Assembly (NCBI GenBank): GCA_951406725.2
Contig: OX597817.1
Coordinates: forward strand, 152,582,001 to 152,646,000
Source of the DNA: Octopus vulgaris
Taxonomy: Eukaryota
Length of the DNA stretch: 64,000 bases
Direction of reading: 5' to 3'
This document shows, piece by piece, positions 28,215 to 41,221 of the stretch. How positions within the stretch are numbered: position 1 is the stretch's first letter; each line of letters begins with the position of its first letter. Position numbers and translations under genes: made by a program. The notes beneath the pieces are model-generated. The model was not told where the DNA came from. It was given only the letters and a program-made list of their open reading frames with translations, and made no database searches.

Positions 28215-28535
28215 TCTCCTCAGTGGTTAGAGCGTGGGGCTCTCAGTAATGAGGCTGTGAGTTCGATTCCTGCACCGGGCTGTGTGCTATGTTCTTGAGC
28301 AAGACACTTTATTCAATGTTGATCCAGTTCGCTCAGCTGTAGAAATCAGCGAACTGGAGCCAAGCTATATCAGTCTTTGCCTTTCCCTTGGATAACATCG
28401 GTGGCGTAGAGAGAGGAGGCTGGTATGTATGGGTGACTGCTGGTCTACCATAAGCAACCCTGCATGGACTTGTGCCTCGGAGGGGAACTTTCTAGGTGCA
28501 ATCCCATAGTCATTCATGACTGAAGGGGGTCTACC
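28215..28535 (+). mobile_element. CORE-type SINE variant (family B-like head, different tail)
   Basis: agtggttagagc...gagttcgattcc...gttcttgagcaagacacttt. Confidence 0.7.
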
Positions 28536-28549
28536 TTTTTATCCTCACT

Positions 28550-28990
28550 TATGATCATAAATGTTGAGTAATGACCGAAAGAGCATGATCGTGAATACAA
28601 GCGGCCGAAATGGGATTTCTTCGAAGGATCTTTGGAGCAACGTTGCTTAATAGGGTGTAAAGCTCGGAGATCAGGGAGTCTCCCAGGTCGAGCCGCTACT
28701 TCTTCGCTGTGAGAGGCCACCGCTCCGATTCAACGGAGAAGTGAATAGCTTGTCGCAGGAAAGAATCGCAAGATGGATTCTTTATGTCGAGCCAACTGGT
28801 AGGAGGCCTAGGGTTAAACTAAGAACGAGATGGTTGGATAATATCCGTGGTTTCTGTTGCTCACGCTTGGGAATACAGCCGAAAAGTATAATGACACTTG
28901 ATTCTGATCGTATCCATGGAGAAAGTGCCTGAGGACTCTACCCCGTCCAAACCCTCCTTGTAACAGTAGGCGGAGAAGATGGATGGATGT
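28550..28990 (+). mobile_element. RTE-clade LINE 3' end
   Basis: SQERIARWILYVEPTGRRPRVKLRTRWLD resembles the RTE C-terminal GxRxRGRPxxRW motif; ends in gatggatggatg. Confidence 0.75.
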
Positions 28991-29314
28991 TATTTCACTT
29001 CTGGTCTTTGGCATCAGCTTAAGTTTCAAAACATCCCCCTTGATACTATTGAGATTTGATGCAAATGAATTCTTACTATCACATCTGACCACAAGGATGT
29101 TGATATATGATTGAGATCATGTCAGTGTGTCAGAAGAATTCGCCAACTTTATGGAATTGTAAACACTCGCATTTGTTCCGTAAAAGGTTACTGCTTTCTG
29201 CTGAAACTCTATCACATAGGTACAATGTTTGGCATCGACACGGTAATTTTATTAATTAATATCCTTTGTATTTCTTCGTACTTGGTTGCCATTATGAGAA
29301 TACCATTTCCCCTC

Positions 29315-29704
29315 GTGGAGGCGCAATGGCCCAGTGGTTAGGGCAGCGGACTCGCGGTCGTAGGATCGCGGTTTCGATTCCCAGACCGGGCGTTGTGAGT
29401 GTTTATTGAGCGAAAACACCTAAAAAAGCTCCACGAGGCTCCGGCAGGGGATGGTGGTGATCCCTGCTGTACTCTTTCACCATAACTTTCTCTCACTCTT
29501 ACTTCCTGTTTCTGTTGTACCTGTATTTCAAGGGGCCGGCCTTGTCACTCTCTGTGTCACGCTGAATATCCCCAAGAACTACGTTAAGGGTACACGTGTC
29601 TGTGGAGTGCTCAGCCACTTGCACGTTAATTTCACGAGCAGGCTGTTCCGTTGATCGGATCAAACGGAACCCTCATCGTCGTAACCGACGGAGTGCTTCC
29701 ATCC
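29315..29704 (+). mobile_element. tRNA-Arg-like-headed SINE with family B tail
   Basis: Head ggcgcaatggcccagtggttagggcagcggactcgcggtc...gtttcgattccc; 13-bp TSD accatttcccctc at 29302-29314 and 29705-29717. Confidence 0.9.
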
Positions 29705-30204
29705 ACCATTTCCCCTCAATGTTTCCTTTATCAAGTTTACTACTTTTTCTAAACAAATTTCCTTCCTTCAAAATATAGAAGTCTCTCTTGAATCATACAC
29801 ACTCAATCTATACTTTGAAGGCAACATCATAGATGTTGTCTGTTCAGCATGTGCAGGATCAGATGTTGCATTAACTATAACTGAATTGTATTTAACCCTT
29901 GGTCTTTTAGAGAACATATGCTTCTAAAGAAGATCAGAGTACAAAGCAATTAATTCATTGCGTGTTTCCTATGATAAATAATGTACTTGGAAACACTCTC
30001 TTTTTTTCTTTGACCTTCCTTACGTAGGTATCGAGTATAGGATTCCCGTGAAGCTGTGACCGTTGCCACTCAGATGAGAGGTAGCTCGGAATGCCAGATC
30101 GCTTTCACTCTCAGAAAGTAATGCCAATTAGACGGTGCAAAATATTCACCCTTCTATCCTTCTTTGGTACTATTTTATTGTCATCAGGAATCGCTCAGTC
30201 TGGA

Positions 30205-30313
30205 ACGACCAAACCCTTGTGAGTGGATTTGTGAGACGGAAATTGAAAGAAGTCCGTCGCACATATATATATATATATTTATATATATATATATATATAT
30301 ATCTGTGTGTGTT

Positions 30314-30377
<64 letters not shown>

Positions 30378-30506
30378 CATATATATATATACATATATAT
30401 ATATACATACATTTATATACATATACATACATACAGATATATATGTATGTGTATGTATGTATATATATATATTATATATATATGTATGTGTATATATATC
30501 TATATC

Positions 30507-30539
<33 letters not shown>

Positions 30540-30780
30540 CTGTCTGTGTTTGTTTTGTTTCTGTGTTCGTTTCTCACAACTGCTTGAGAACCGGTGCTGG
30601 TATGTTTATGTCCCCGTAATCTAACGGTTCAGCCAAAGAGGCCGATAGAATAAATACCAGGCTTAACAAAAGAAATAAATAGTGGGATCGATTCATTCGA
30701 CTAAAATTCTCAAGACGGTTCCTCAACATACTCGCAGTCTAATGACTGAGACAAGTAAAAGATATAAGATAAAAGATAAA
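30205..30780 (+). mobile_element. Family A SINE (5' truncated) with expanded internal (TA)n
   Basis: Homology to 1360-1640 on both sides of ~280 bp of microsatellite. Confidence 0.75.
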
Positions 30781-31240
30781 AGATGCTTAGTGTTAGATTT
30801 GCGATCAGGATGATTGGCGGTTCATATCCCGGCACTCCATGTCCAATTGATAGAAGATTTCAGTCATTGTACGCCGTACGTTCAAAACGATGTATAATTT
30901 TCTGAATATATTTCAATGAAAGAGCCACTAATGCTGAGTCACAAGAGACGTTCGCGAATACACGCATAAGAGCGGTTTACAGAGGATCTTAGCCTAGAAA
31001 AGTACAACAGCCCTCCATCCATTCTTGTGCTAATAGATGCTCGACCATTGAATTTGCGCACCATATTTTCAAGCACGACCAGCTGTATTATCGCAAATAG
31101 CACAGGAGCGACTACACAGTCCTATTTTGTCGGAGTAAAGTGGAAATGAGGCCTAGATGTTGCTTCTAAGAGAAATTGTTTCAGACACACCATTGGTGAA
31201 ACTACCTGATTATCTCTACAAATTTGTCAGGACACATATA

Positions 31241-31754
31241 CTGTAAATCCTCGAGTATAATCCGCGTTCCTACCCCCCACGCCCGCAAATTTAAAGGTCA
31301 AAATCCCTAGTGCGTGCTATATACGAGGTTAAAAATGAAAATTATTTTCTAAGCAATGTCCGAGTCTCTATTTGCTGTCTGGTTATGTTTATTCAGACGC
31401 ATTTTGTGATGTCGGGCGCGAAAATACCTTAAGCTAAGCCTGAAAGCAATGAAGTCATAAAAGAATCATCCATAATTTTCAGTAAGCAACATTTATTAAA
31501 CGTTATTACTGTTATTACTGTTATTTCTTTATTTTCTGCAAACAAAATGCACAAAAAAGCTACACGTTTGCATTATGTTATATATACAATAATAATAAAG
31601 GACGTTACAAACCAAGGACGTTTATAGACCTTTTTGACTCAAGTTAGAGAAGGGGTGCGTATTATACACAGGGTTTAGATTTTTCAGAGGTACAGCTCCC
31701 TAAAAATCTCCTGCATATTATACTCAAGGGCGGACTATACTCGAGGATTTACGG
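31241..31754. mobile_element. Tc1/pogo-superfamily MITE
   Basis: TIRs ctgtaaatcctcgagtata / tatactcgaggatttacgg with TA on both sides. Confidence 0.85.
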
Positions 31755-32381
31755 TATTTGTTTTACCAGGTTCCTCAAATACTCTGTTCCTATGCCCCCG
31801 AAGCCTTCGTGAAGTTTATGAATACGACGAAAAATGTGATTCGCTTTTAGACAGCCATTTCCAGAATTCATCGCAAGGTGAAAAAACCATGCTGTTAGTG
31901 TTCTTCTTTTTGTATATGTTCAAGTCTTATGTAGGACTGGAGTCAAGCTAGGAGAGCGCTGTGCCGATGACGCTTAGTTTGGCAGAACATTCTCACATCC
32001 GTCATTTTGCTTTTCGAAGAACAAACTGGTTGTTTTTTCCTTAATGTCTTGGTAATTCCAGCCTTACTAGCTTGGTAATTTATGATTAACCCTTTGTGGT
32101 TATCTTCTCTTTTATTTAGAGTTGGTTACAACTACCATTAGGTTTTTTAAAATCTTCTCTCGAAGCAAGATACTTTCAATAAATCAAGAATTTGTTTTTT
32201 ATGGTATTTAGTATACCTTTCTTCATATTTGTTGTCCAAACTAATGGCATAGGCCTCTCTATGTATGTATGTATGTATGTATGTATGTATGTATGTATGT
32301 ATGTATGTATGTATGTATGTGTGTATGTATGTATGTATGTATGTATGTATCTGTCTGTCTGCCTGCTTGCCTGCCTGTCTA

Positions 32382-32540
<159 letters not shown>

Positions 32541-34165
32541 AACACATTTTCCGAATGAAGTTTGAAAATTTCCGTGCTATTATTGCTCTGCTGTATTACT
32601 GCATTCTGAAACGGATTTTAAAAGTAGAATTTGGTACTTATGTTTTGATAAATCTGCTGTCATTGCAAATCATGTGTTTCCGAGTAGAGATCGTGTTGCT
32701 CCACCCAACCAGATACAATATATAATATAACCTCTATATATGTGGTTACATGACGAGAAAATTTCTGGTGTCAGGAAGAAAGCAAAATATCAACTTTAGA
32801 TGATAAATTGGAAGTTATAAAAGGATCTGAAAATGGCGACGATAAAAGCAAAAATAAACAGAAGCAACAACAGGAAAAATTTGAAGGAAAATAGATGTTG
32901 ATGCAGGAAAAAATTAAATTGTATTAACTTCTGGTCCGCAAGGAACTAACTGGTACTCCGTCGGTTACGACGACGAGGGTTCTAGCTGATCCGACCAATG
33001 GAACAGCCTGCTCGTGAAATTGCCGAGCAAGTGGCTGAGCATACCGCAGACATGCGTACTCTTAATGTAGTTCTCAGGGAGATTCAGCGTGACAGAGAAA
33101 GTGACAAGACTGGATTTTTTGAAATACAATTACAACTAATTTTTGCCGGCTGAGTGGGCTGGAGCACAGTATGCAACTAAATATTTGAACGCCTTCCTCA
33201 ATAAAAACTTTATATTAAGGCGTTGACAACACTTTATATTAAGGTGTTGAGAAAGCTATAAGTTATCACAGTGGGATTGAAATCTGGGTGCATTGCTGAA
33301 ACAACAGCCAGCTAATGAAAGTAATGATGGCATCATAAGTTGTAAGAAACGGAAATATGAAGTTGAAAACCGAAATTTTAAGCCAGAGTAGTGGTGTGGG
33401 GGTGGGGGCAGTTTGCATTCTCTGGTAAACGATCTAACCTTTGAATTATTATCTACCATTTGTCATTCAGTCATTACAAAGTCAGCGACTTGAAAAAAAT
33501 CACTCCGCAGCAAATCTTTTCGCTTGATTATCTACACAAATGAGAATGAAAGAATAACAAATAAATTAACTGTATCAAAATCATTGCAGCAGACACTGTT
33601 GACAACGTTTAATTCAGAAGTCCATACACTGACTGAAACTAGTTCTGTTATGTCATAAAATATTTCTCGTGCTGTGAAGGTACGTGACCTGTATGTTAGA
33701 ATGTTCTGCTTATAATAATCAGGTCATGGGTTTGATTCCTGGAACGGACGGCGTGTTGTGTTTTTGAGCAAGGTACTTAGTTTCACGTTGATACAGTGTA
33801 CTCAATTGTAATGAGTACTAGTCGAGAATAAATGCCTTTCTCTCTCCCTACCGCTCACTCTCTCTTTTTCTCTCGCTCACTTTTCCCCTCTCGTACTCTT
33901 TTCCCCTTTCCCTCTTTTCCTCTCTCTCTCTCTCCCCCCTCTCTCCCCCTCTCTCTCCTTCTCTCCCCCTTTTTTCGATGGGGAATTTGCTAAGACGAAT
34001 ACAGCTGAAGTTGGTGCCGTGTCAGATCGAAAAACATAAAACTTCATTGACTAAATTGCAAAACCATTAGTTTCAGTTCATACTAGCAAAATGCGAGCAA
34101 ATGCAAAATATTTTAAAAGATTCATTTGCATTCGGCTTAGCTCTTGACATATCTGTAGGCATAAA

Positions 34166-34292
34166 AGAAAATTCGCAACTGACTGTATTTGTTCGGTATA
34201 TATTGTCTAGAAAATTCGCAACTGACCGTATTTGTTCGGTATATATTGTCTAGAAAATTCGCAACTGACTGTATTTGTTCGGTATATATTGT
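34166..34292 (+). repeat. 43-bp tandem triplication
   Basis: agaaaattcgcaactgactgtatttgttcggtatatattgtct starting at 34166, 34209, 34252. Confidence 0.95.
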
Positions 34293-34646
34293 AATCGTCC
34301 TAGAAGAGATGTTAGACTTTGTGATATCAAAAGAAACATTTGTGACGTTGATATTAAAAATACACTTAACAAAGCCTTAAAGAATGTTGACGTGCCACTG
34401 AACAAACAAACACATCAGTGTTGCAACAGATGGAACACTTGCAGCTGCAATGGTATTGAAAATGCAAAATTAGTTGCACTTATAAAAATGTATTCCCCAC
34501 TTGGAAAAATTTCTCCCGGTTGGTTGCATTATTCATTACGAACAACTGGCAATCATTTATTTCAAGTGTGAAGATGTCATGAAACTTGTCCTTCAAATAT
34601 CAAATTTCATATGATTAATTAGAAACACCCAGCAACATAAAAGAAA

Positions 34647-35159
34647 TCTATATAAATAAAACTGTAGTTGTGTGAGTGTCTGTCCCCTTCGATTTAGATT
34701 CCTAACTACTCCCACATTTTGCGATGCAGTTTAACCAAATTCGGGTATCTTATAGTCGTGATTCATATCGAGCCCGTCTGAGTATTAGCGCGCGTCTACG
34801 ATGAGTCTACGATTTTAAAAATAATTTAACATCATTTTTTATTCCATTTTAATGCATAATTTTTCGTGTTTCGATGGCGGCGGAGTTGGCGTCCATAGTC
34901 ACACCTGCACCTGTTTGCTTCTCCCCCTTCTTCCCTCCCTCGTGAAGCTGTGGGGAAGGGAGTGTAAGGAAATCAACGTCGTAAAGCGTTGTCAAGGAGA
35001 CCAGCGTTCTTTTAGAACAACGACTTCATGGCTTGAAGACATCAAAACAGAAATGGTTAAGAAAGCCCGAATTGGCATCTATAAGGGAAGTAACTCTCTA
35101 AAATTGCTTATATAGTTATTTCCCTTACAAACCCGAGCAACGCCGGGCGATACTGCTAG
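34647..35159 (+). mobile_element. Non-autonomous Helitron
   Basis: A|TCTATATAAAT...cccgagcaacgccgggcgatactgCTAG|T; no TSD. Confidence 0.88.
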
Positions 35160-35499
35160 TTTTTTTTATAAAAGAACTGGAGCTTGAAGATATAAAACCA
35201 GTGAAGCTCTTTCAACTTCATTGTGAGGTGGTTGTCAACCAGTAATGTTCTGAGCAGTTTTGTGTATCAGTTAAAGCATTTTATTACTTTGCTTAGATTA
35301 AAAAGATCTTGTCCTAAACTGCAATCACATGTTCCTTACTGAAAAAAAGAAAAAAAAAACACAAAAAAAACAGCCGTCTAGGAACTCTCAATTTTGCACT
35401 TTAGAAAAAGAATAAGATTATTTCTGATCTTACTCAAATAATCTTCAGCTTTCAAAATGATTTTTAATTTCCGCACACGGTCAACAATTTTGAATAGAG

Positions 35500-36230
35500 G
35501 GCATTAGTAGATGCCATTGACTCCCGTACTTCTGTTGTACTTTATTTTAACGACCCTGAAAGGATGAAAGGCAAAGTTGACATCGGCGGAATATGAACTC
35601 CGAACGTAAAAGTCGTAAAGAAATAAATACCGCAAAGCATTTTGTCGGCCGTTTTATCGGTTCGGCCAACTCGCCGCTCTTTTCAGATTTCAGAATAACA
35701 GAAGAGTTTCAAAGAGATATAATTGTCAAGAAGTTAATAGAAGTTCATAATGTTTGTAGTGCCAAAGACGGTGACATGGCAGAGTCGTTAGTACACCGAG
35801 CAAAAGGGTTAGCGGCATCTTGTCCCTCTTTATGTTCTAAGTTCAAATTACTCCGCGTTCGACTTTGCCTTTCATCCTTTCGAGGTCGATAAAATAACTA
35901 ACAGTCAAGCATTACGGTTGATGTGACCAACTTAGCACCCCCCGCCCACAAGCCTGCTGGCCTTGTGCCAAAATTTGAAGCCAATATTTGTAATGTCTAC
36001 AATCATTAGCACGTTGGGCAAACTGCTAAGCAGCATTTTTTCCAGCTTTACGTTCTGAGTTCAAATTCCGCCAAGGTTGACTTTGCCTTTCATCCTTTGG
36101 GGATCGATAAAATGAGTACTATTTGAATATTGGGGTCGATAAAATAGGTACCAGTTGAGCACTGGGTCAATGTAATCGTTTAGCCCCGTCTCCTTTAAAT
36201 GTCAGGCTTTGTGCTTATTCTAAAAAGAAA
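35500..36230. mobile_element. Cluster of degenerate family C SINEs
   Basis: gactttgcctttcatccttt domain near 35560 (minus), 35861 and 36080 (plus). Confidence 0.75.
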
Positions 36231-36609
36231 TGTTTGTAGTGCCTGAGTTTACATTTACGTATTTACACTCCCAGCAGTACACTGACATATATATACATGA
36301 AATGTGGCTTATTGATTGTTGCTGTACGTCAACATTCTTTGAAGCGGTTATTTGCGTATACATTTACATACACGTGTGTGCGTGTGTACGTGTGTGTGTG
36401 TATGTGTGTGTGTATGTGTGTGTGTGTGTGTAAAGTATATATGCATATGTTTAAGTGTTCATATCGATGTGTGCACGTATATGATTACAGACGCTTGGTA
36501 TACAAGACTGAGAACTCTAACACACATGCACATAGAAAGTTAGGCCGTAATTGAAACACACACATTATGTATGTTAAGGGTCTATGTATATATGCATGCA
36601 CGAATGTAC

Positions 36610-36825
36610 ATATATATCGCGTGTGTACCGTTGGCGATTTTTTTTCCTCCGTCTTCCCTTCTCTGGATCTTTCCTTTTCCTATGTTTCCGACGAAGAGCT
36701 CCGCTCGAAACGTTAAACCCTCCTTCTTCCCTTCCTTCCTGAGCGTCCAATAATGCTATATTTGTTCTACGTCCTCGCGTTGTTGTGTTTTCTCTTTGTG
36801 TTTTCATGTTTGGATTAACTTTATA
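36610..36825 (+). mobile_element. Penelope-like terminal-repeat fragment containing a minimal hammerhead motif
   Basis: Sits in TA-rich microsatellite; partial antisense copy at 43787-43855. Confidence 0.6.
36684..36718 (+). ncRNA. Minimal type-I hammerhead ribozyme-like motif (U4C core variant)
   Basis: GUUU-CCGACGA-A-GAGC(UCC)GCUC-GAA-ACGU-U^AAAC; stems I and II pair, stem III is the self-complementary ACGU. Confidence 0.6.
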
Positions 36826-37822
36826 TATATAATGTATGTATGTATGTCAGGGCACCCGTGAGGTCTACTGGCAACATGGTGTCCAATACAACCTGTTGCA
36901 TGGTTGAGGGGTCGGTAGCTAAACTGGCATTCCCACTAGGGTTGCTTGCCGAAAAGGGCTGCTAGAACTCAACAAGACTAAAAACAAGATCATCAGAAGT
37001 TCCGAGTTAATGTCCGGCGTGCTGGTACACCTCAATCTTTGTTAAAGCATGTCTGCAGAAGGTTAGTCTGATATTAAACCTAACCAGATATGTAGGGAAT
37101 GGAATTGAACTTGCGTTTGAAATTATGGCGCTCACACATTCCTGAGTCTGCGACTCATTTTGGTACTGGACATGTTACCCTGGTTTGTTTCTGGACCATT
37201 TCACTAGTGTGGAAAGTGCTTGTGAGCTGCTGTGCAAGCTTTATTAGACCTATCAGCTTAGGTTGTGCAATCGCTGGCGTGACGACTATCCTGTGCTCGG
37301 TCATTGCTGGCATTTTGCGTGAGGAGCATAAAGTTAGAAATAAATATGTGGTGATCGAAAAGCCATATTAGTCAATGACATCGCTATTTCAACAAGCGGT
37401 ATGAAGCCTATGCTTCATTGACAAGACCATAATAAGAGCGAAACGTATCTGAAGTATTAGAAGACGTACTTGGATTAATATTAGTCATTGGCTAATTATT
37501 TTAATTATTGCGACTTTTATGGAAGCTAAGTTCAGACAATATATCTCCGTGTGTTTATATTTTTGGGCATATATCGGTCGAGAATGTAAACACCAGCGAA
37601 AATTGATGTCACATTTGTTGTCAAAAACGCAGCGGGCCAATTATAATCTCAGTAGAGAACCAACGATTGGATAATAATCTACGACAAAATTGTTCAAAAG
37701 AACCTGGAATAAAATATAAAAGAAGTCAGTTAATGAATACTTGATCTGTCAAACTGATTTCCTCAATTGTAATTCTTCATTATCGGAAATTATGCTGCCA
37801 AGGTATTCGCAATAACTCATGT

Positions 37823-37887
<65 letters not shown>

Positions 37888-38029
37888 AATTTGGTTGTTA
37901 TTCGTTCAATATAATTGCGCTTACAGCCTCTCTTTGATGATAACGCTGGGTGGAAATGTACTTCTGGCTTTCTTTAAACTAATTCATTAACCAAACAAAC
38001 TAGCTAGCTGCACAAAGAAATCAATAATG

Positions 38030-39180
38030 ACGGCTTGTAGATTGTTTTTATTATGAGTTATCAGTGCAAGTTATTTACACGGAGTTTCTATAATGAGGTT
38101 TACCATAGTGTTTGTTACAGAGTTGTTCCAGTTTGAAGTAAAAGACTGAGACATCTAAGCAGTCATTACCAGTTATCTGTTATAGGACTGAATAGTGCCG
38201 GATTTTACCTATAGCAGTCATAGGAAAACTGCGGCTTGCATGACTTTCTGAATGGCATGTCTAACTTACCTTAAGTTTTTTCTTTGTAGTGTGATCCACC
38301 TAATGCCGAGCTATGTCTCATGCAGCTCACCTCTCGAAAAAGCCAATAGGCTTGACAGGCTTGACAGGCTGATTAAGGCCCCCAAATCACCTCGAGCTTC
38401 CGGCCAAGGATATAATATTTCTGACTCTGTGATAGGACCTTTGAAAGGGGACTTCTCAAATGAAATCATATTGAGCCTTTCTTCATCTAAATCCAGTACG
38501 GGAGTTGAGCCATGTTAACTGAAATACTGCGACGTCTAAATTTAAATTGCTAGATGCTTATAATAAAGCTGAACCATACAAAACAAAATAGCGAGCGATT
38601 TAAACATTCGTTTTAAGGAATTTGTTACAGAGTTGAGCCATGCATAATAAAATACTGAGGCACCTTAATATTTACCGTGAAGTGTTTGTTGTAGAGTTGA
38701 GCTAGGCACAGCAAAACAGCGAGACACCTAAATATTCATTTCAGGGGTTTCCTTTAAAGTTGAACCACGCAATAAAGAGCCTCTAGCAAATATTTTTGAC
38801 ATTGTCATAGCCCTTTTTGGAAGGGTCGTGAAATAGCCTAAACGAAATAGCCTAAGGCCTCTCTTCATGTAAATCTGACAACAGGGTTAAGCCATGCAAA
38901 ATTAAAATAGCGAAATATCTAAACACTCTTTATCGGGTGTTTGTAGTAGATTTGAGCGACACAGTAAAATACGAACTCATCTTCATATTCATTAGCAAGT
39001 GTTTGTTGTAGAGCCAAATATCTGTTGAAGCCAAATATCGATAGACCTAGGCATTCGTTACAAGGTATTTGTTACAGAGTTGAATCAGTGGGAAGCTAAA
39101 TATTGATACTTATAAACATTAATTATCGATGTCAACCAGGAATGATCGTTAAAGAATTATAGTACACCTTTGAAGTGTTT
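38030..39180. repeat. Degenerate tandem array, ~63-65 bp period
   Basis: Recurring gtgtttgttacagagttgagccatgc...aaata-type units near 38108, 38500, 38620, 38682, 38880, 38937, 38999, 39064. Confidence 0.65.
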
Positions 39181-39371
39181 CTATTATAACTGGATCAGAT
39201 CAATAGCTGGAAGTCAGCTTAGTGCTTGACCACACGAAGAACTCATCGATTTTGTAATACTGTCGCTGCTTACAGTTCTTTGGAATCTGCTTCAAGTCGG
39301 GTTGACTGGGTTGCTGAGAGCTAACTGTCTTGCTCATAGATATAGCATAATGAAGTAAACTACAATATTTT

Positions 39372-40685
39372 AGAGAAGATTTGTACCGAAAGTAATGCAA
39401 ACGTCGGTATAATTTATAAAAAAACTAAAATAGCTCATTTAAACTGCGTGTGTTAGTAGAGTAACTCTTCCTCTATACAAAGATACTACTCAGCATTGAC
39501 TCAAGCATTGAACCCCTCTCTGGAATCCTCTTTGTAATAACTCAGGTGTGCATTGTTGTATCCATTTCCTCAAGTCAACTTCCATCTTGTCTCTGTCACC
39601 AAATCGTTGTCCTCGAGGACTACTAACCAACCCAATTTGTCGAATGTCTGATTTGTTGTCAAAATGTGTGTGGTAGCGCATTGTCATGGTGAATTGTGGA
39701 TCGTTTTCGAATTCCTGTTAAGTCTCTTTCTCTTAACGGCTTATATAAGTTTTTTGAGTATCTCAATGTGCTACTCGTTGTTCACGATACGGCCATGTCC
39801 CAGAAAATCAAAGAGAATGACGCCCTTTTCATCCCACAAAATAATCATCCTGACTTTCTGCACCGATCGCTGGCTTTTGAACTTCTTAGGCTTCGGAGGA
39901 GAGTGTGACACCACTGCATAGACCGTTCCTTAGTTTTTGGATCATAAAAATATGTTCGCGTTTCATTTCAAATCACTAGGTTGGAGAAATGTGTCTTCAT
40001 TGTTTCAAACGATAATAGCAAAAATCGGAGTAAGGCTTCCACGCACTTAGCACACACTTCCCATTGCAACTCCAGTCTGTCCGCACGAATCACTTCGCCC
40101 ACATGCTGGTGATTCGTATTGGCGGTCATAGTTAATTGTTGTTGTTGTTAAACAGCAAGATGGGTAAGGGTGATTAGGTAATGGTCTAGGGCTTAGGGGC
40201 GGGAGACCCCAGACCTTGGAAAAAAAAAAACTTTGGTCGTCTTGTTGTAGTCGAGGGCTCTTCGTTGACGCCTGACACCACTGGGATGTGGCTCTCGAAG
40301 TCGCTGGAAATGGAGATCTCCATGTCCAAATTCTTGGACGGCGTCATAGTTGATAGTTTTCGTTTGCGTAGTTTGTCTTCAATGCTAGTTTTGTATTTTT
40401 TAAACTTTCTTCATCCAAATATGTATGTTGCTCTTGTCAATGCTGTCATCTCCGTAAACAAAATCTAAAGCATTTTATGGCTGTCAGAAGCTCCTCTTTC
40501 GTCAAGAACTCAAAGACGGCACGTTGATTCTGCTTAGAACTTATTATTTGCCGGCACTGAACGAACAGGAAGAAGATTTACTATAAAGGAAGAGTTACCC
40601 TATTGACACGTGCAACTTCAATAACCTATATCTATTAATAAAAAATTTATGTCCATTTTCGCATTCATTTCGGTACAACGTTCGC
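39372..40685 (-). mobile_element. Degenerate mariner element
   Basis: TIR match ttgtaccgaaagtaatgc (39381) versus reverse complement of gcattcatttcggtacaa (40661-40678); minus-strand QRAVFEFL, YGDDSIDKS, NETRTYFYDPKTK, HHDNALPH, RGQRF motifs. Confidence 0.8.
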
Positions 40686-41078
40686 GCGCGCGCGTATAAA
40701 ACCCGACGGTCTTCCACGCAGTTTGCGTCTACCAAATTCTTTCACAAAAATTTGGTCGGCTCAAGGCTATAGCAGAAGATACCCAAAGTATCGCACAATG
40801 TGGTTGAAACCGAAATCACACAAGCATGCTCCCCGCTTTTACAAAATAGAATAACTTGTATCTCACGCCTGAGACGACGATTTTAACTGAATTAGCGATC
40901 TCATCACCAATACAAATAAAAAAAAACTCCATTGATGATAAAATATTCAAAGGTTCAGCTGGTAACACGTGTTTCTACCACAATGGTCACCGCCAGTACA
41001 TAATTACATTACCTTGTCTCCAGCAGAGGAGGTATTCAGACATACGCAAAAAGAATAGAGCGTATTTATAACATTGGG

Positions 41079-41120
<42 letters not shown>

Positions 41121-41221
41121 TAGCACAGATAGAGAGAACGTTAAAAGAGTAGGTAAAAAATATTGTTCAATTCCATTAAATTTAAACCTATATATAATAT
41201 ATGATAAATAATATATATATA

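Larger units (their letters stand above)
29720..32100 (-). mobile_element. Old RTE-like LINE reverse transcriptase remnant, interrupted by a SINE and a MITE
   Basis: Degenerate motifs QHGF, FVVFINFTKA (cf. FIDFxKAFD) and K*DCVVAPVLFAI (cf. KQGCVLAPxLF); boundaries approximate. Confidence 0.5.
33300..35480 (+). mobile_element. hAT (Buster/SPIN-like) transposase remnant interrupted by a Helitron
   Basis: KKRKYEVENRNFKPE, FGLALDISVGIKENSQLTVFVRY (cf. LALDESxDxxxxxQLxxFVRY), LHCEV (cf. HCEVRW); many stops and frameshifts. Confidence 0.7.

Noticed and set aside
29768-29923. Apparent 51-codon terminal exon KHMFSKRPRVKYNSV...SIF*
   Set aside because: Colinear with the adjacent minus-strand RTE remnant and resembles its TKxxVYNAVV region; no partner exons found
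34166-34292. CRISPR-like periodic repeats (also 17971-18207 and 38030-39180)
   Set aside because: Head-to-tail tandem repeats with no unique spacers, no cas genes, eukaryotic context
38310-38515. Minus-strand open frame DEERLNMISFEKSPFKGPITESEIL... with nearby donor-like sites
   Set aside because: Weak acceptor, no partner exons, and only a faint resemblance to LINE ORF2; cannot be supported without a database search
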